Positions 1 through 8,702 of a stretch of DNA of 64,000 bases are shown here, one piece after another. This stretch comes from a virus. Location: positions 32,001-96,000 of IMG/VR virus record IMGVR_UViG_3300045125_000040, one strand, 5' to 3'. Under the pieces are notes generated by a model. That model was not told the DNA's origin. It was given only the letters and a program-made list of their open reading frames with translations, and made no database searches. How positions within the stretch are numbered: position 1 is the stretch's first letter; the number at the start of each line of letters is the position of its first letter. The position numbers and the translations under genes are program-made.

Positions 1-182
1 ACATTCTTATGACTAAAGATCTTCGTCTTGCTACTGTAGAATACGATAAGATGTCAGATGGTAATGCTTTAACAGCAAAACAGTATTGTGTTACAGGAAT
101 TTTGTCAGGAATTCATTTTAATGATTCTGTTGTAGAGTTCTTGTATGAAGCTCTACAGAAGGCAAAGGGACAGAAGGTATGA
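1..182 (+). CDS. hypothetical protein, probably truncated at the window edge
   Basis: Open frame ...TKDLRLATVEYDK...KAKGQKV* ends in an ATGA overlap with the next gene. Confidence 0.5.
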   Translation, partial: ILMTKDLRLATVEYDKMSDGNALTAKQYCVTGILSGIHFNDSVVEFLYEALQKAKGQKV

Positions 183-464
183 GTATTCTAGGACCAGATG
201 GTGGTTTGACTTTTCCCACAGGCGGATTAGTTAAGAAGCACCCTATTGAAGATATTCGTATGGTTATGTTTTGGTAAGATGATGGTTCATCCCCAGACAA
301 AACAAATGGTAATGGTTCCTATGCAGGATTTGCAGTATAAACGTCAGGGATCAGATGAATGGTTCTCTGTTCCTATTTTTGAAACTGAAAAGCATGATTT
401 TAATCCGGAGGAAAAAAATGAAGAAGTATCTGCTGGTAATCCTAGTGGGGTTATCCTTTCTTAG
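179..464 (+). CDS. hypothetical protein (one apparent indel near 270)
   Basis: MSILGPDGGLTFPTGG... joins ORF 246..464 after a one-base shift. Confidence 0.5.
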
Positions 465-540
465 CTTGGTTGGGTGCGCAGAATTGGCAACGGTCGTCAA
501 GTGCTCTGTACGGGACAGTTCTGGTAGACCCTGCCAATAA
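418..540 (+). CDS. small lipoprotein
   Basis: GGAGG SD at 407; MKKYLLVILVGLSFLSLVG-C has a basic N-terminus, hydrophobic core and lipobox-like LVGC. Confidence 0.6.
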   Translation: MKKYLLVILVGLSFLSLVGCAELATVVKCSVRDSSGRPCQ

Positions 541-552
541 GGAGCCGCTAGA

Positions 553-847
553 TTGAAGACTTTGAAAATACTCTTGACAAGTAGTCTGTTATTTGCTAAT
601 ATAGCACATAGCTTCGGATGATATCACATGTGAAAAGGATGTCAAGAAGGATCACATTGTTCACTGTAAGACAAAGAAGGTGATGGATGTTTCGCTGGTT
701 AGCATTAATGGTGGTGAGTGTAACGCTCCTTCATTTCACTGGCATGGTGAAGGTAAGTTCGCCTTACCAGGAACAAAAGACTGCTCTTATGTTGGTGCAG
801 TAACATTATCAGTTGACGGACATACAAAAACATTTGCTCCGTTATGA
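553..847 (+). CDS. small secreted Cys-containing protein (one apparent indel near 610)
   Basis: GGAG at 541, TTG start, signal-like KTLKILLTSSLLFANIAHA, then SDDITCEKD...FAPL* with 4 Cys. Confidence 0.5.
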
Positions 848-853
848 GTAAAG

Positions 854-980
854 TTCGCCTTCATCACGGTAACATCTGTCTTGGGTTTGGTATCCAGATT
901 AAAGATGCCGTATTGAGTTACGGTTCGAATAACCATTAGTTGAAAGACTATAAAACAGGTGTTACTTTGATGAAGGCGAA
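854..980 (+). ncRNA. unknown structured RNA closed by a 26-bp stem homologous to the pre-tmRNA acceptor/IVS stem
   Basis: 854-879 pairs with 955-980 (1 mismatch, 2 G-U); loop holds several short hairpins; lies in a non-coding gap. Confidence 0.5.
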
Positions 981-989
981 TAAATAGAA

Positions 990-1276
990 TTGCCGAGGTC
1001 GTTGAGAGGAACGACATAGACACTGAGGACGTGGATTTGCGACTCCACCGCCTCCACCACAGTAACATTGGTTCCAAGGTTGGAATAAACTTGGGTAATA
1101 GCTTCTCCAAACGTCCAGTGTTACTTTGATGGGGGCGAACTAGGATCGACTGGTGTAGTAAGGGTTCAAGGAGACCATAGGCAAATATAGGTGCTAACGA
1201 TAACTTTGCACCATTTGATTACGCTCTAGCAGCATAATCATTGGGGTGGCGACTTCCCTAGAAACAGAAAAGTCGC
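990..1276 (+). ncRNA. ssrA: circularly permuted two-piece tmRNA, alphaproteobacterial type
   Basis: Acceptor piece ends GTGGA..TCCAC-CGCCTCC-A-CCA (1059). IVS 1060-1130 is self-paired. Coding piece starts GGGGGCG (1131), giving G3-U70. Tag frame 1193-1237 reads ANDNFAPFDYALAA*. TTGCCgaGGTC pairs with GACCataGGCAA between pieces. Outer ends approximate. Confidence 0.92.
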
Positions 1277-1302
1277 AAATATTATGAAAGGATATACCAT
1301 GC

Positions 1303-1898
1303 ATGAATTTGTTTGACTTTTCTAATGATGTAAGATATAATAAGAACATAAAACAAATTAATAATTTCTACACATCAAGAGTAAAGAAGTTAAACTGTTT
1401 TTATGAAGAACATGGTGAAGGTCAGACCAGAAAAGAAACAGGTAATCTTTTCAGGATCTATTTTATTATATTTCAGAAACTATCAATCCAAATCTAGTCT
1501 TAAAAAAGAATGATTTTTTAACTGTTCCTAGTAAAAGTGGTAGATATAATCTAATAAATGTTCAAGTTGATTGGCATGTTTATTTTAATAACAAATTATT
1601 GTTTGTTTGTGAATGTAAAGCACATTTAGACAGATGTTATTTGTCACGTGCAGTCTCTGATATAAATGATATCAGAAAAGTGCATCCAAATGTGCCAGCT
1701 ATAATTTTCTGTGGACAGAGACATATATCAGAGGATTCTTTGAATTATTATAAAGAAGAATGTGATTTTGAATATTTTTTTGTTAATGAAGATAAAAAAA
1801 GATCATCTAAAACACCTTTATATAAAACATGCAATGCTTTAGATAATCATGAAATTCAAAGAGTTTGTGAACATATTAACTTTTTGTTATCTGGATAG
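1303..1898 (+). CDS. PD-(D/E)XK-family nuclease-like protein (apparent indel near 1450-1480)
   Basis: Rejoined frame contains ...QVDWHVYFNNKLLFVCECKAHLD, a D...ExK motif. Confidence 0.5.
1313..1341 (+). promoter_or_regulatory. sigma70-type promoter
   Basis: TTGACT-N17-TATAAT. Confidence 0.5.
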
Positions 1899-1971
1899 GT
1901 TCCGTAGCTCAACAGGACAGAGCAACCGCCTTCTAAGCGGTAGGTTGTTGGTTCGAATCCAACCGGGATCA
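1898..1971 (+). tRNA. tRNA-Arg (anticodon UCU); CCA not encoded
   Basis: Cloverleaf GGTTCCG..CGGGATCA; anticodon arm ACCGC-CTTCTAA-GCGGT; T-loop GGTTCGAATCC. Confidence 0.95.
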
Positions 1972-2041
1972 TTTCGTCTCCATGGATAAGTTTTAGCAAT
2001 AAATAAGACTAGACTATCCATGGAGCGTTCTAATTTTCAAG

Positions 2042-2677
2042 ATGTATTATATAGTTTATAAAATAACAAATTTAATTAATGAAAAATATTATATAGGATG
2101 TCATCAAACTGACAACCTAGATGATGGATATTTTGGTTCTGGTGTTTATCTTAAAAGAGCTATAAATAAATACGGAGTTGATAATTTTCATAAAGAAATT
2201 TTATTTTTCTGTCAAAATGAAGAAGAAATGTTTTAAAAGAAAGTGAGTTAGTTGTTGTCTCAAGTAAAACTTATAATTTAAAAGAAGGTGGACGAGGCGG
2301 CTTCGGATATATCAACAAAAACAAATTAAATAATGGCAGAAGATCCAGAAGAAACAGAAAAAAGAAGATTAAAAAATCTTTCAAAATATAGAAAACAAAA
2401 ATGTAAAGAAAAAGATGAATTAGAATTTATGAGAAATATTGCTGAGATAGGAAGAAAAACTATTTCTGAAAAATATCCTAATGGAACATGGAAAAACAAA
2501 AAACACTCAGAAGAAACGAAAATAAAAATTGGTGAAATAAGTAAGATACGTCAATTAGGTACAAATAATTCACAATATGGAACGTGTTGGATTACTAATG
2601 GTGAAATAAACAAAAAAATAAAAAAAGAATGTCTTGATATTTGGATTGAAAAAGGTTATTATAGAGGAAGAATATAG
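2042..2677 (+). CDS. GIY-YIG (Seg-like) homing endonuclease with NUMOD3-like C-terminus (apparent indels)
   Basis: VYKITNLINEKYYIG, YFGSG, YNLKEGG, KKHSEETKIKI. Confidence 0.85.
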
Positions 2678-2687
2678 GAGAACTAAA

Positions 2688-2816
2688 ATGTCAGACCGCC
2701 ATAATCACTGGTTTTGGAATAGTTCTTTTGTTGATGCAATTCATCAAAAATTGTTAAATCTAACTTCATGGATCTGGAAAAAGCAGAACCATAACCACTG
2801 AGGATAATATATTATG
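2688..2816 (+). CDS. small hypothetical protein
   Basis: GGAG SD, MSDRHNHWFWNS..., fills the gap before the next gene. Confidence 0.35.
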
Positions 2817-3211
2817 AATAAATTTATGATTGCTGTGATTGCTTTGTTTTCTACTTCTGCCATGGCTGACTACAATGTTGTCATTAGTAAACGGCAGCAG
2901 ACTATGAGTGTCTATGAGAATGGACAACTTATGGATATCTGGCCAGTTTCTACTGCTCGAAAAGGTTATGTAACACCAACTGGGTCTTATAGGCCCTATG
3001 CTTATCAACTAATGCATTTTCTAAGAAATACGATAATGCGCCTATGCCACATTCGATATTTTTACAGGGGTTATGCTATTCACGCTACTCCTCATATCGG
3101 CAATCTTGGTCGCCCTGCCTCCATGGGTGCGTACGTCTTCATCCAACACATGCTTCAGAACTTTACAATATGACGAAAGGTGAACCTACTACCATCACAA
3201 TCAAGGATTAG
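2814..3211 (+). CDS. L,D-transpeptidase (YkuD/ErfK family) with signal peptide (apparent indels)
   Basis: MNKFMIAVIALFSTSAMA signal; WPVSTARKGYVTPTG; YDNAPMPHSIF; YAIHATPHIGNLGRPAS-HGCVRL catalytic motif after indel correction. Confidence 0.85.
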
Positions 3212-3380
3212 TCACATGAAAAACTCCCGTCCTGCTTCTTTGTCTCAGGTTTATATGATGAAACATGCTTTTGAATATGAATTGAATAATATCTTGGCAT
3301 TTGAAGACAGGCAGGAGTTTTTTCAGAGTTATCAACTACCTTGAAGAAGAGTGAAGGAACTAAAAGAAGATGAAAAGAGA

Positions 3381-3601
3381 ATGCTTAAAAATTCAAACTT
3401 CGTAAATGAGATGGATCTTCTATGTAAAGAAAAAAATATTGAATATATTGATGCTATAGTATTTTGGTGTCAAAAAAACAATCTTGAAATTGAAACTGCT
3501 GCTTACTGGGTTAAAAAAGACCCTGTTATGAGGTTAAAAAATCCGAGGTAGAAGCAGAAAATTTAAATTATATGAAAAAAGGATCACGTCTCCCAATATA
3601 A
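3381..3601 (+). CDS. 33: late-transcription coactivator gp33
   Basis: YIDAIVFWCQKNNLEIE...EAENLNYMKK..RLPI; synteny with gp59 and gp32. Confidence 0.8.
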
Positions 3602-3604
3602 ATA
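3597..3604 (+). promoter_or_regulatory. T4-type late promoter
   Basis: TATAAATA upstream of the HEXXH gene. Confidence 0.5.
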
Positions 3605-3631
3605 TACGGTTAACCATTGTTAGGAGGCTTT

Positions 3632-4099
3632 ATGGTCATAAAAACAATTGGTAAACCATCGCATACGACTTTACAATTTGTTAAAAAATCAGCAAATTTT
3701 TATGCGAAATATCTTCTTAGGAATAAACTATTTTATAATGTATTTCTAACCATAAAATTTGAAAAATTTGAACGTGGTTCTTGTGATTATGCATATTGTG
3801 ATTGGACAGATGATAATCATCAAGCGAGAGAGTTTACAACAACAATTGACAATCGTCTTAATGAGAAAGAGACTTTATTGGCTCTTGCGCATGAAATGGT
3901 TCACGTCAAACAATATGCAAAAGGTGAATTAAAGGATATTTTCAGACCAACCAGAATGGTTAAATGGCAAGCGAAAATATCTTCATGAAGAGATAGATTA
4001 TTGGGAGCAACCATGGGAAATTGAAGCTTATGGACGTGAAAAGGTCTTTATATAAAGTTTATGAAACATTTAAAAGATGGCGATCTGGAAGATTTTTAA
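3632..4099 (+). CDS. putative zinc metallopeptidase (HEXXH)
   Basis: LAHEMVHVKQY, then YWEQPWEIEAYG after indel correction. Confidence 0.7.
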
Positions 4100-4101
4100 A
4101 A

Positions 4102-4677
4102 ATGTCTGCATTTGAAGTCTATAAAGACTATTTGGCGTTGAAAAATCACTTTTCAAATAAAAATTATGATTACTTTAAGTATAAAGGTAAAGTAAGAACG
4201 TCTATAGACTCTTTTAATAAGAGAAAAGACAAAATATTTTTCGAGAAAAATTAGCAAAAAACAAAGAATTTCATGAATTTTTGGTCTCAAATCTTTCAGA
4301 AGACCCAAAATTATGGATTCGTGACCTCGCATATTCAGATGATGCGTTAAAAAGATACTTAAATTGGAAAAAAAAGACAACAATCTCTGTCTTATACCTT
4401 CAAAAATGACCTTTCCAAGCTAAATTCTGACTTTGATAGCAATCTTTTATGTAAAAATGGTCATCCAACACTTCTGAAATTATACTTGGGTAACGAAATA
4501 AGCCTAGAAACACTCTGTATAGTGTTGAAAATGACTAAATCTATGAAATATTGGAATAAAAGTATGGAATATGATCTTATTTGGGAGGATATTAGAAATA
4601 AAGTTATAAAATATACACCATTTCTAACTTATGATGAAGAAAAATTTCTAAAAATAGTGCTTGACAAATTCAGCTAA
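4102..4677 (+). CDS. 59: helicase loader gp59 (apparent indels)
   Basis: YLALKNHF..YDYFKYKGK...F.KRKD..FFEK; C-terminal KYTPFL; upstream of gp32. Confidence 0.85.
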
Positions 4678-4689
4678 TAATGGCATACT
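4661..4689 (+). promoter_or_regulatory. sigma70-type promoter for gene 32
   Basis: TTGACA-N17-CATACT, about 80 nt before the gp32 start. Confidence 0.6.
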
Positions 4690-4768
4690 AAGTAATATCA
4701 GGTGGAAACACCAGATACAAAATATACGTAGAAACACATAGTAATACAAACAAATACGGAGAATATAC

Positions 4769-5687
4769 ATGGTAGATTTTAAGACACTTAAGGCACGTTC
4801 TGGTAAGAAGTCTCTAGAGGCACTTACAGTAGAAGTAAGTAAGCTAAATTCAAATGAATCCTCACGAGCAGATGATCGTTTCTGGCAACCAACAGTTGAT
4901 AAGGCTGGTAATGGTTATGCTGTTATTCGCTTTCTAGACTCTCCAGAGGGAGAAGATGTTCCCTTTGTTCGTACATTTGATCATGGCTTTAAGGGTCCTC
5001 GGTGGATGGTATATTGAAAGGTCTCTGACTACAATTGGAAAGTCAGATCCAGTAACAGAGTATAATAACAAGCTTTGGGAAAGCGGTATTGAAGCGAATA
5101 AGGACATTGTTCGTAAGCAGAAGCGCCGCCTCCATTACATTTCCAACATCTATGTTATTCAGGATCAGGGAAATCCTGATAATGAAGGTAAGGTCTTTCT
5201 ATTCAAGTATGGCAAGAAGATCTTTGATAAACTCAAGGAAGCAATGGAACCACAGTTTGAGGATGAAACACCTGTCAATCCATTTGATCTTTGGGAAGGT
5301 GCAAACTTCAAGTTGAAGATTCGTAATGTCGAAGGTTATCGCAATTACGACAAGTCTGAGTTCTCAGAACCAAGTCCTCTCTTCGAAGATGATAAGAAGA
5401 TTGAAAAGGTATGGAAGTCAGAATATTCTCTAAAGGAATTTCTTGATCCATCCAGCTTCAAGAGCTATGAGGAACTTCAGGCACGTCTTAACAAGGTTCT
5501 TCAGGAAAACACGAATGTTAATAAGAATGTTCGTGCAGAGGATCTTGGTGAAGATGATGCACCAACATTCAAGACAAAGAAGTATTCAACGGATGATGAT
5601 GAAGAAGATCCACCATTTAATGTTTCATCATCTGATGATGACGATGATGATGAATCACTGAAGTTTCAGAAACTAGCAGAGAAGTAA
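4769..5687 (+). CDS. 32: single-stranded DNA-binding protein gp32
   Basis: DDRFWQPTVDKAGNGYAVIRFL, KVFLFKYGKKIFDK, NPFDLWEGANFKLKIR, acidic tail; one indel near 5000. Confidence 0.95.
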
Positions 5688-5690
5688 TTT

Positions 5691-5712
5691 AGGGGGCTAA
5701 TGCCCCCTTTTT
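5691..5712. terminator. intrinsic terminator between convergent genes
   Basis: AGGGGGC-TAAT-GCCCCCT followed by a T run. Confidence 0.8.
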
Positions 5713-7796
5713 TATGCCCACATATTCTTTTTGAAGTTTTTCATTTCACCCCAATGATTTCCACCAATCATTGCCGCCCAATCAGGCCATGAATTGTCTG
5801 ATGGATAATTGTATGCATAACTTTCGCCACCACTCATGGATCTGACGCCCGGAGCAACTGGACCTGCTGTTCCTCCCGTTTGATCTTGTGTTGACATTTC
5901 TTGTGAAATTTCTTGTTGTGCTTGTTGCTGAACAGCAGTTTCGCTTACCATTTGGTTGTTCATAGCTAATCTGGAAAGCTGTTGAACCATTTCTGCACCT
6001 ATTACTTGTTTGTGGTTGTTGCATTTGTGCAATATCAGAAGACTGAACTGCAGACATTAATAATGGCGCTAAAGATGAAACTATTCCTCCAATTCCACCC
6101 ATTCCCATGCCCATTCCGCCCATCATAGACATCATTTGACTGTAATCTACGCCGCCACCAGCGGGCATAGGAGTTACTGGTGCTTGTGCTACTGGGTTCT
6201 GCGGGACCTGTTGCTGCTACTGGTGGCGGGGTGTCATTCCAGTTGTTGGAGATGGTGCAGCAACTGGTGTTCCACCTTGTGATACTTTTTCCGCATCAGT
6301 TGCAGTCTTTCCCGCCTGATAAGTGTCTGGCATAGGTTTAGCGCCACCAGAAGGCACTTCTGCATGAAGATGATTATTATGGCCTTTTGCACCATATTGA
6401 CCGCTTTCTCTCCAATAAACTTTATATCCAGCTTTAGTTAATTGTTCTGCTAATTTATCAAATTTTGCTCCAAGAGCAGGGTCTGATGCTTCAGTAACGC
6501 CTCTTCCAACATTTATGTCCAATTGCTCTGCCTTCATAATGAGCACGTCCTTTATGAACAGGTTTTACACCGCCAAAGGCAGGATGTTCTGATATTCTAA
6601 GACCTTCATTTTTTTCTAAATATTTACCAAGAGCTATAATGTCTCCAGAAGGAATTGCAGATGATCCTTCTACTTTTCTTTACCGCTCATTGCACCACTA
6701 ATAGGACCATGACCATGGCCAGCCATAGATTCTGGATTTAACGCACGGCTTGTATCAACGCCTGATGGTGCTTCTGTAGCACCGGAAGCCATTGGCGTAG
6801 ATTGTGGTGTAGCACCTGATGGTGTTGTTGCTTGACCAGTCTGTGGACTAGAATTTTCTGCTTTTGCGGTCCCGCCAGTTTTACCGGAAGCACCAGAACG
6901 TGCTGCCTCCATATATTTTAAATGTTTTCCGTGTTTCCAAGTTGTCCAATCTCTTGGAACACCATGTGCCTCACGAAGTATTTGTAATGCGACTCTTGCA
7001 TTAGTTTCTGGATTATATAATTCTTCGTTAGATTTTAAACCAAATTTTGCCCTTCTTTCTGGCCCAAGCTTATCAATCATATTAATTTGCCAAAGACCGT
7101 ATGAGTTGTCTCCAGTGCTTCTATTGGGGTTATGTGACATTGGGTTTCCAGCAGATTCTGGTTGAGATATTGCACCCAATACTGTTGCTTCTTCTTCAGT
7201 TCCGCCAACTTTTCGTATTAAAGCGGCTGCTTGAGATGCATTAACTTTTCCACCAGCCCCCGCAGATTGAGGAACATTACCCTCACCGCCTCCTCCTCCT
7301 CCAGCGCCAGTAGCTGCTTCATATCCAGCAGCACCAATTGCTCCACCAACAGCACCTATAGCCAAAGTTTTTAATGCACTAATAATATTGTCGCCAAGAC
7401 CAGTTAGTGAGGTACCTAAACCAGAAAATCCATTGGTTAATCCTGAAGACATATTTTGATTTAGACTGAAAATACTATTATCAACACTTCTTATTCCAGC
7501 AGAAATATCTCTTAATACACCTTGCATGTTACTTTGAATAGAAATCATTTCTCTGAATAGATTAGACAAATGATCCATTTTGGATGAAGTTTGTTCAGCT
7601 TCATATGCACTTTCTGACATTGTATTGGAAAGTTCTGCAATATCTCTTCTTTGTGCATTTAAGACAGATGATAAGTCTTTTATTATTTTTGACATAGCTC
7701 CGCTATTAGCGGCAGCTTTTCGAATTCACCCGAAACCTCACCCATTGAAGATTTAATGTTTCTTGATAATAGAGATATGTCTTCTGCTGCTGCCAT
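5712..7796 (-). CDS. tape-measure-like (gp29-like) protein with lytic-transglycosylase and LAS/M15-like peptidase domains (apparent indels)
   Basis: Helical N-terminus; ES.GNP...DNSYGLWQIN...LYNPETNA (SLT-like); H-YEGRAI-D...HNNHLH; follows gp26/gp51. Confidence 0.65.
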
Positions 7797-7798
7797 TT

Positions 7799-7984
7799 TT
7801 ATCCGCTATTCTTTTTGTTCTTTAACTCTTCTACTTGTTTGATATAATCAACTAGCATTTGAACATAAATGTCTCTTTCAAAGGGTATTAAGTTTTCAAC
7901 TTCACTAATAGAATATTTATGATGCTGAACTAATGAGAATACAGTGGCATAATAATTTTCAAGAGTATTATGACTTAACGCCAC
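7799..7984 (-). CDS. 51: gp51-like baseplate hub assembly catalyst (possibly a frameshift extension of gp26)
   Basis: YY..FSLVQHHKYSISEVENLIPFERDIYVQML. Confidence 0.75.
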   Translation of the reverse strand: MALSHNTLENYYATVFSLVQHHKYSISEVENLIPFERDIYVQMLVDYIKQVEELKNKKNSG

Positions 7985-8688
7985 GTAAAAAAATCATTTA
8001 ACGAAGACAAGATTATTTCTCTCTTGTTCCCTAATGAGTTATCATATTCAATTTTATATTCCATTCTTGGAACTGTTAATAGAAAATTCTGAATCTTTTC
8101 GAATGTTTTGATATTGAGACCTTCAAGAAACTCATTAAGATCATCTTTTTTATAATCAGAACAATTATAAACCTGATCTTCATAGTAAATTGAATCTATG
8201 CATCGAATTATCAATTCAAACATATAGTCTTTGTCAAGGTTTAGAAATTCCTTATCATCATATAAAGATGCAGAAGGATATTTCATGATAATTCCGGACT
8301 TGTTCGTAATTTTGATATTATTATCAGACTTTTCAGGAAATTTAACTTCAACCTCATCTAAATCTATTTCGAATTCATAAACTTTAGAATCTTCAGCGTC
8401 TCTATATGAAACTTTAATAGTATTTTCTACAGAAACCGCTCTTAATTTTAGAAAAATATATTCAAGATCGAATAGAGCTAATTTGTTGATATCAAATTTT
8501 GGATCTATCGCACAATTACTAATGATCTGTTTAATAGCTGTTAAGATATCAGATGGATTATTACTTTCTTTGGCCATCAATAAAAGTTTTTCTTCTTTTA
8601 CCAAAAATGGTCTAAAATGAAAATCTTTCTTCAATGAAGGAATTTTTATCTTATGAACTGGGTAATCAATTTTAGGCAAATTAGACAT
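7975..8688 (-). CDS. 26: gp26-like baseplate hub assembly chaperone
   Basis: LPKI.YP..FRPFLVKEEKLLLMAKES, FDLEYIFLKLRAVSV, ends NDFF. Confidence 0.85.
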   Translation of the reverse strand: MSNLPKIDYPVHKIKIPSLKKDFHFRPFLVKEEKLLLMAKESNNPSDILTAIKQIISNCAIDPKFDINKLALFDLEYIFLKLRAVSVENTIKVSYRDAEDSKVYEFEIDLDEVEVKFPEKSDNNIKITNKSGIIMKYPSASLYDDKEFLNLDKDYMFELIIRCIDSIYYEDQVYNCSDYKKDDLNEFLEGLNIKTFEKIQNFLLTVPRMEYKIEYDNSLGNKREIILSSLNDFFTWR

Positions 8689-8702
8689 AGTTTACTCCAT
8701 AA

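Noticed and set aside
921-934. GGTTCGAAT as part of a canonical tRNA
   Set aside because: No matching T-stem, anticodon arm or acceptor stem in canonical order
787-1110. 107-aa minus-strand ORF
   Set aside because: Antisense to the tmRNA and the structured RNA, with no recognisable motifs
959-1139. 22-bp direct repeat as an att site or CRISPR repeat
   Set aside because: Only two copies, each with its own complementary arm, and no integrase or cas genes; better explained as a duplicated RNA stem
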